DNA of 64,000 nt from Polyangiales bacterium (GTDB lineage Bacteria > Myxococcota_A > Polyangia > Polyangiales > JADJQN01): NCBI GenBank assembly GCA_964202905.1, contig CAXNJO010000003.1, forward strand, positions 64,001-128,000, in the 5' to 3' direction. Every line of letters begins with the position of its first letter. Positions within the stretch are counted from its first letter, which is position 1. The translations under genes and the position numbers were made by a program. Below, piece by piece: positions 59,113-64,000 of this stretch. A model generated the notes under the pieces. That model was not told where the DNA came from and ran no database searches. It saw only the letters and a program-made list of their open reading frames with translations.

Positions 59113-60744
59113 TCAAGGAGGTTGCGGTGTCGGGTCTCCTGCACCGCGCGCGGGCGGGGCGCCAAAGCGCCGTCGATAGCCGGCACGGCCGTTCTCGTAC
59201 TCCGGGAAGCGACGCAGGAGTTCTTCGAAGAGCGCGCGGGCCTCATCGCGCGCGCCGGCGTCATCGAGCAGGGACGCGAGGTTGTGGAGCACCTTCGCGT
59301 CGGGCGGGCTCTCGCGACGCGCGCGTCGGAGCACCGCGATCGCCTCGTCGCGACGCCCGGTCCGCGCGAGCAGCAGCGCGAGGTTGTTCGCCGCACGACG
59401 ACCCGACACCGTCGCGAACCCCTCGCGACGCAGCGCCTCTCGGAACCCCGCATCGGCCTCGGCGAATCGACCGCGAGACTCGAGCGCCATCGCCGCCTGG
59501 TACGGGCCGAGCGACGAATCCGGGGCGCGCGCGGTGAGGTCCACGAAGCACGCGACCGGGTCCGCGAAGAGCGCCGCGTAAGGCGCCGTGCCCGCCACGC
59601 ACGCCGCGACGAGCGCCCCACGCAGCGTCGTGCCGATCCACGGACGCGCGCGCGCCGCGAGGGACTCGACCACCGCGGCGACCGCGACACACGGCCCGAG
59701 CACCGCGACGAAGAGGTAGCGATCGGCCATGCGGTTCTGGAGCGGCGCGAACACCTGGCTCACGGGCAGGAGCGCGGCGCTGAACCAGAACAGCGCAAAC
59801 GCCGGCCTCCGCTCGCCCCGACGCCACGCGAGCGCCGCACCGAGCGCGAGCGCCGCGGCCCCGGCGATCGCGAGGAGCGCGACGGGATCCGCGATCGTCC
59901 GCGCAGGCACCGGATGCACGAGCGACGGCCGCACGAGCCCGAGCGAGAGCCCGACATATTCCCAGAAGACCGGCGCCATCGTCGCCACGGCGGCGGCCCG
60001 CGATCCGCCCGGCAGCGCCGCGAGCATGGACACCGACGCGCCGACCCGCGCGTGCACGAGCGCGGCCAGCAACGCCACCGCGCCGGAGAGCAGCAGCCCG
60101 ACACGGTCGGTGCGCCGCCGCGCGAGCAGGTCGTGCGCGACGAAGAGCAGCGGCACGACGACGCTCATCGCCTTCGACCCACACGCGAGCGCGACGAGCA
60201 GCGGCACGAGCACGCGCCGCAGGGACGCTCGCTCGCCCGCCCAGACGCGCAGCGCCGCGGCCGTGAAGAGCAGCGCGAGCTGGTCCTTGCGCCCCGCGAG
60301 CCAGGCGACGGACTCGACGTGCACCGGGTGCAGCGCGAAGAGCCACACCGCGAGCGCCGGGACCTCGGGAACCCGGCCTGCCCAACCAAGCAGCAGCGCG
60401 CACGCCGCGGCGTAGAGCAGCACGGATACCGCGCGCATCGGCAGCGGCGCGGGCCCGAACGCGCGCAGCTCGAGCCACACGAAGGCGTCGCGCACCGGCA
60501 GGTACTCGGCGCCGAGCGCGAGGCGCGTCGGCACGGAGAAGTCGGTCGCGGCGGTGACGAGCGCGACCGGCGAGGGGTCCGCGAGCACGCGGTTCTCGCG
60601 GACGAGCCAGTCGTCGTCGTACTCGAGCCACGCGGGAGCGAGGCTCCCCGCGTACGCCGCGACCACGAACGCCACGAGCAGCGCCGCGCCGATCCACGGC
60701 GTACGGAGCGAGGCTGGAGGGGCGGAGGAGGACGTCTCGTGCAT
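59113..60744 (-). CDS. TMTC-like multi-TM GT-C glycosyltransferase with C-terminal TPRs
   Basis: YDD..LV.EN, FALHPVHVESVAW..GRKD, ADRYLF, ANNLA/HNLA TPRs. Confidence 0.82.
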   Translation of the reverse strand: MHETSSSAPPASLRTPWIGAALLVAFVVAAYAGSLAPAWLEYDDDWLVRENRVLADPSPVALVTAATDFSVPTRLALGAEYLPVRDAFVWLELRAFGPAPLPMRAVSVLLYAAACALLLGWAGRVPEVPALAVWLFALHPVHVESVAWLAGRKDQLALLFTAAALRVWAGERASLRRVLVPLLVALACGSKAMSVVVPLLFVAHDLLARRRTDRVGLLLSGAVALLAALVHARVGASVSMLAALPGGSRAAAVATMAPVFWEYVGLSLGLVRPSLVHPVPARTIADPVALLAIAGAAALALGAALAWRRGERRPAFALFWFSAALLPVSQVFAPLQNRMADRYLFVAVLGPCVAVAAVVESLAARARPWIGTTLRGALVAACVAGTAPYAALFADPVACFVDLTARAPDSSLGPYQAAMALESRGRFAEADAGFREALRREGFATVSGRRAANNLALLLARTGRRDEAIAVLRRARRESPPDAKVLHNLASLLDDAGARDEARALFEELLRRFPEYENGRAGYRRRFGAPPARGAGDPTPQPP

Positions 60745-60822
60745 CGTCGCGGGCTCCGCACGGGGCGCGGCGCATTCCTGGGCGAAGCGCGCTCACCGGG
60801 CCGCGCGTTCACGCAATCGCGC

Positions 60823-61014
60823 GCTGACTCGACGGCGTGCTGACTCGACGGCGTGCTGACTCGACGGCGTGCTGACTCGACGGCGTGCTGACTCGACGGC
60901 GTGCTGACTCGACGGCGTGCTGACTCGACGGCGTGCTGACTCGACGGCGTGCTGACTCGACGGCGTGCTGACTCGACGGCGTGCTGACTCGACGGCGTGC
61001 TGACTCGACGGCGT
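60823..61014. repeat. Perfect 16-bp tandem repeat x12
   Basis: (gctgactcgacggcgt)12 = 192 bp, no spacers. Confidence 0.97.
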
Positions 61015-61020
61015 GACGAA

Positions 61021-61053
61021 CAACGCCCTGGTCCCGTGGGGATCAGGGCGTTG
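61021..61053 (-). terminator. Hairpin terminator after tRNA-Lys
   Basis: caacgccctggtccc-gtg-gggatcagggcgttg, followed by TTCGT on the minus strand. Confidence 0.7.
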
Positions 61054-61058
61054 GAGGG

Positions 61059-61131
61059 TGGGTCATCCCGGACTCGAACCGGGAGCCAATGGATTAAGAA
61101 TCCACTGCTCTACCAATTGAGCTAATGACCC
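61059..61131 (-). tRNA. tRNA-Lys (anticodon CTT)
   Basis: GGGTCATTAGCTCAATTGGTAGAGCA GTGGA-TTCTTAA-TCCAT..GGTTCGAGTCC. Confidence 0.96.
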
Positions 61132-61204
61132 GAACAGAACGAGCGACCGCGATCTCCGACCAACTGGCCCCTTTGCGACGTCCAAGGGACCGCACTGCTG
61201 ATTG

Positions 61205-61294
61205 CCTGACCGAGCTGCCTGCCTGCCTAACCGAACTGCCTGCCTAACCGAACTGCCTGCCTAACCGAACTGCCTGCCTGACCTGACGAACTGC
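61205..61294. repeat. 17-bp tandem repeat (3 perfect copies plus degenerate flanks)
   Basis: cctaaccgaactgcctg at 61226, 61243, 61260. Confidence 0.9.
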
Positions 61295-61335
61295 AGATCC
61301 CAGCGAACCGCTTGCCCGATCCCGCCACCGGGTTG

Positions 61336-61409
61336 CGCGCCCGGGGTGATTCGAACACCCGACCGCCGGATTCGAAGTCCGATGCTCTATCCAGCTGAGC
61401 TACGAGCGC
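61336..61409 (-). tRNA. tRNA-Arg (anticodon TCG)
   Basis: GCGCTCGTAGCTCAGCTGGATAGAGCA TCGGA-CTTCGAA-TCCGG..GTTCGAATC. Confidence 0.95.
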
Positions 61410-61545
61410 TCTCGCGAGCCAATCTCCGACACGAACCGGAGACCGGCGCGACTTCTATTCGATCCCACACAGATGTCAAGCGAGAGTTCCCGTGTTCCCC
61501 GGGTCGCCTCGCGGGAGATCGATGACCGGGGTGTCTGCCTCGCCG

Positions 61546-61618
61546 AGGGCTGCCCTGTTTGCAGAGGGCTGCCCTGTTTGCCCAGGGCTGCCCTGTTTGC
61601 CCAGGGCTGCCCTGTCTG
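61546..61618. repeat. 19-bp tandem repeat x4
   Basis: agggctgccctgt(ttgc) at 61546, 61565, 61584, 61603. Confidence 0.9.
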
Positions 61619-61733
61619 AACGGCGCTCAACACCGCGGCCGGAGGGCACTGGCCCCCAACCTGGCCGGGGACCGAGAGGCACTCCCGAGGCGCCCACGCG
61701 GGCCCGACCCTCGGGAGAAGGAACCAAGAGCGG

Positions 61734-61807
61734 GGTGACTGACGGGGTTTGAACCCGCGACATTCGGAACCACAATCCGACGCTCTACCAGCTGAGCTAC
61801 AGCCACC
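61734..61807 (-). tRNA. tRNA-His (anticodon GTG, encoded G-1)
   Basis: GGTGGCTGTAGCTCAGCTGGTAGAGCG TCGGA-TTGTGGT-TCCGA..GGTTCAAACCC; discriminator C. Confidence 0.96.
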
Positions 61808-61853
61808 AGAAGAGCCGCGATTGTACCGATCACGCGGGCTTGCGCAAGCGCCG

Positions 61854-62393
61854 TCACCGCGAAGACGCGGGAAGCACGACGCGACCGCCCGCGTAGTAGC
61901 GCCGGGCCCACTCGGCCATCGCGATCCCGGCGGCCACCGTGACGGGGTAGCTGTGGTTGATCCCGTACATCGGGATCGCCACGACCTCGTGCGCCGCCCG
62001 CACGATGGATTCCGGCACGCCGGTGTCCTCGTTGCCGAATACGAGCACGGCGTCCTCGGGGAGCGCGCAGTCCCAGAGCCCCGCGCGGGCGACGTCTTTC
62101 TCGAAGACGACGAGCCTCCAGCCCTCGACGCGCGCCAGCGCGAGGAACGCGTCCTCGTCCGGGACTTCACGCAGGTTCTCGAACCGCTGCATGCCCATCG
62201 CGGCGCGCTCGTACCAGGGCTCGACGCCGACGAGCACAATCTCCCGCGCGAGAAAACTGTGCGCTGTGCGCACGATCGCCCCCACATTAAAGCCGTTCTT
62301 CGCGCGGAACAGCGCCACGCGGAAGGGGTGCCGCAGCCGGTCGAGCTCAGCGCGGATCTCGTCACGCGGCTGGTCGAGGGGTTGCACTTTCAT
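61854..62393 (-). CDS. TrmH/SpoU family RNA methyltransferase
   Basis: NGFNVGAIVRTA, VLVFGNEDTG, IPMYG..HS..V.VAAGI. Confidence 0.9.
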   Translation of the reverse strand: MKVQPLDQPRDEIRAELDRLRHPFRVALFRAKNGFNVGAIVRTAHSFLAREIVLVGVEPWYERAAMGMQRFENLREVPDEDAFLALARVEGWRLVVFEKDVARAGLWDCALPEDAVLVFGNEDTGVPESIVRAAHEVVAIPMYGINHSYPVTVAAGIAMAEWARRYYAGGRVVLPASSR

Positions 62394-62431
62394 CGCGCCC
62401 CGACTGTTAGCCGTGTAACCTCGGCCTGTCG

Positions 62432-64000
62432 ATGTACGACTCGCGCGATCCGGCCTCGCCCCCCCACGGCGCGGCGCCCCCCAACGGCGCCTCGATGGCC
62501 TCCATGTCGCCCGAGCGCGGCCGCACCCCGTCCGCACCGCCCCTGGCCGATCGCTCCCGCAGCTCGTACCCCCCCTCCGCGCCCTCGCGTGAACGCGCCC
62601 CGACGGAGGCGCCGCCGCCCGAGCCGGAAGGCGCTGCGGAGGACGCCCCCGACGGCCACTCGCGGCCGACGCAGCGCCCCTCGCGTGCGCCCGTCGTGAT
62701 GCTCGTCGGCGACGGTGAGCCCATGGCCGAGGCGATCGCCGGCGCGCTCGGGACGCGCGGCGTGCGCGTGCGCACCGCGAGCGTCGAAGGCGCGGCCGGG
62801 GCGGTCGAGAGCCGTGCACCGGATCTGCTCGTGCTCATCGGCGACGCGACCCACGGCGATCGCCTGCGGTTGTTGAGTGCGCTCGGCGCGCGGCCCCCGC
62901 GCGAGCGGCTTCCCGTCGTGCTTCTCGAGGAGCATGCAGACGACCCGCTCGAACAACGGCTCCGGGCACTCCGCGAGGGGGCCGTCGACGTCGTCGAGCG
63001 CCAGGCGAGCGCGGACGCGATGGCCGCGCGGATCGCCGAACTCGCTTGGGATGTCGCACATCACACCCCCCGGCAGGCAGCGGGCGTCGAACTCACGCTG
63101 GACGCGCTCACCGGCGCGATCCGCAACGAGCTCGCGCAGCGCGTGCCGGGCGACGCGGAGCAGCTCCTCGCCGCGCCCGGCCGTGAGATCGCCGAGGCAA
63201 TCCAGGGGTTCGCCGAGCGCGTCCGCGCGCTCGTGAAGCGCGGCGACGTCGAGCGTGCCCGGCCGATGCTCTCGACGCCGCGCGCCGAGGTCCGCCTCGA
63301 CGCGTCCCTGCTCGCCGACCTCGACGATGGCGCCTCGGAGGCCCTCCGGGGCGCGCGCGTCCTGATCGTCCATGAAGACCCGGGCGAGGCCGACGCGCTG
63401 GCCCAGGAGCTCCGCGCCCGCGGCTCGACGGTCGTCGTGAGCGGGGCCACCGCGCCGGGGCTCGCCCGTGCGCGCTCGCTCGACCCAGAGGTCGTGATCG
63501 TCGATGCGAAGGCCGCAGCGACCGGCGCAGAAGGCCTGAAAGCCCGGCTCGCGCGCGACCCCCGGCTGCGTTGGGCGCACGTGATCGACGCGCGCTGGGA
63601 CGACATCTTCGCGTCGGATTCGGGCATTCCGCGACTCGAGGGCCTCGCCGAGCGCATCGCGCCCCTCCGCGCCGTCGAGCGTGCGCTCGCGAGCCGCGCC
63701 CTCGACGAGCCGCGCTTCGAGGTCGACCTCGCGGAGATGGGGCCATCGCGCATTCTGCGGGCGCTGGCGAACACACCGCACCCCGTGCGGCTCACGGCGC
63801 TCGAAGACCTCGCCGAGGCGCGGGTCGACGTGGTCGACGGGCTCGTCGTGGGCGCGGAGGCCGATGGGATGACGGGCCCCGAGGCCCTGGCATCGCTGCT
63901 CGGCCTACAGAGCGGCATGCTGCGCGTAGAGCGACGCCGCGCACCCGGTCAGGCGAACCTCTTCGTGCCCGTGGGCGATGCGCTCGTGGGCGCGGCCCGC
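62432..64000 (+). CDS. Partial multidomain protein: two receiver-like domains and a DUF4388-like domain (runs off the window)
   Basis: Manually translated from ATG 62432: VMLVGDG..APDLLVLIGD..LPVVLL; RVLIVHED..DPEVVIVD; DLAEMG..GLVVGAE..GPEALASLL. Absent from the ORF track because it has no stop in the window. Confidence 0.7.
   Translation, partial: MYDSRDPASPPHGAAPPNGASMASMSPERGRTPSAPPLADRSRSSYPPSAPSRERAPTEAPPPEPEGAAEDAPDGHSRPTQRPSRAPVVMLVGDGEPMAEAIAGALGTRGVRVRTASVEGAAGAVESRAPDLLVLIGDATHGDRLRLLSALGARPPRERLPVVLLEEHADDPLEQRLRALREGAVDVVERQASADAMAARIAELAWDVAHHTPRQAAGVELTLDALTGAIRNELAQRVPGDAEQLLAAPGREIAEAIQGFAERVRALVKRGDVERARPMLSTPRAEVRLDASLLADLDDGASEALRGARVLIVHEDPGEADALAQELRARGSTVVVSGATAPGLARARSLDPEVVIVDAKAAATGAEGLKARLARDPRLRWAHVIDARWDDIFASDSGIPRLEGLAERIAPLRAVERALASRALDEPRFEVDLAEMGPSRILRALANTPHPVRLTALEDLAEARVDVVDGLVVGAEADGMTGPEALASLLGLQSGMLRVERRRAPGQANLFVPVGDALVGAAR

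Noticed and set aside
60823..61618. CRISPR array
   Set aside because: Repeats are head-to-tail with no unique spacers, and there are no cas genes in the window.

Overview
Very GC-rich bacterial DNA whose gene content (Cys-rich 'DAG'-linker lipoproteins, PEGA/TPR protein, MYXO-CTERM-like tails, DUF4388-like protein) suggests Myxococcota/Polyangiales (inference). About ten single-base frameshifts in otherwise intact genes suggest an uncorrected long-read assembly. Genes in order: pbpC plus alpha-2-macroglobulin; secreted Cys-rich proteins; tRNA-Leu; lone 2-oxoacid dehydrogenase E2; two USPs; TerB; ECF sigma with a zinc-finger anti-sigma-like partner; an AckA-PduL fusion; M15 peptidase; amidase; a Phd-VapC toxin-antitoxin pair; MFS-acyltransferase; EVE; DTW; cytochrome c/copper monooxygenase; DUF962-DUF692(MNIO)-DUF2063; a lower-GC insert; GMC oxidoreductase; DAACS transporter; ggt; an orphan HExxH protein; a TPR glycosyltransferase; tRNA-Lys/Arg/His each trailed by a tandem repeat; TrmH; and a partial receiver-domain protein. 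Best candidate for a novel system: an MNIO (DUF692/DUF2063) RiPP locus whose likely precursor is a lipoprotein ending in two CxGxNxCxG motifs. The precursor is hidden by a frameshift and separated from the enzymes by a ~3.9 kb insert. That insert is bounded by a 48-bp duplication of the precursor's own 3' end and carries a complete ISL3 element and a possible CDC/MACPF-like protein with a C2-like domain. All family calls come from reading motifs by eye; no database searches were run.
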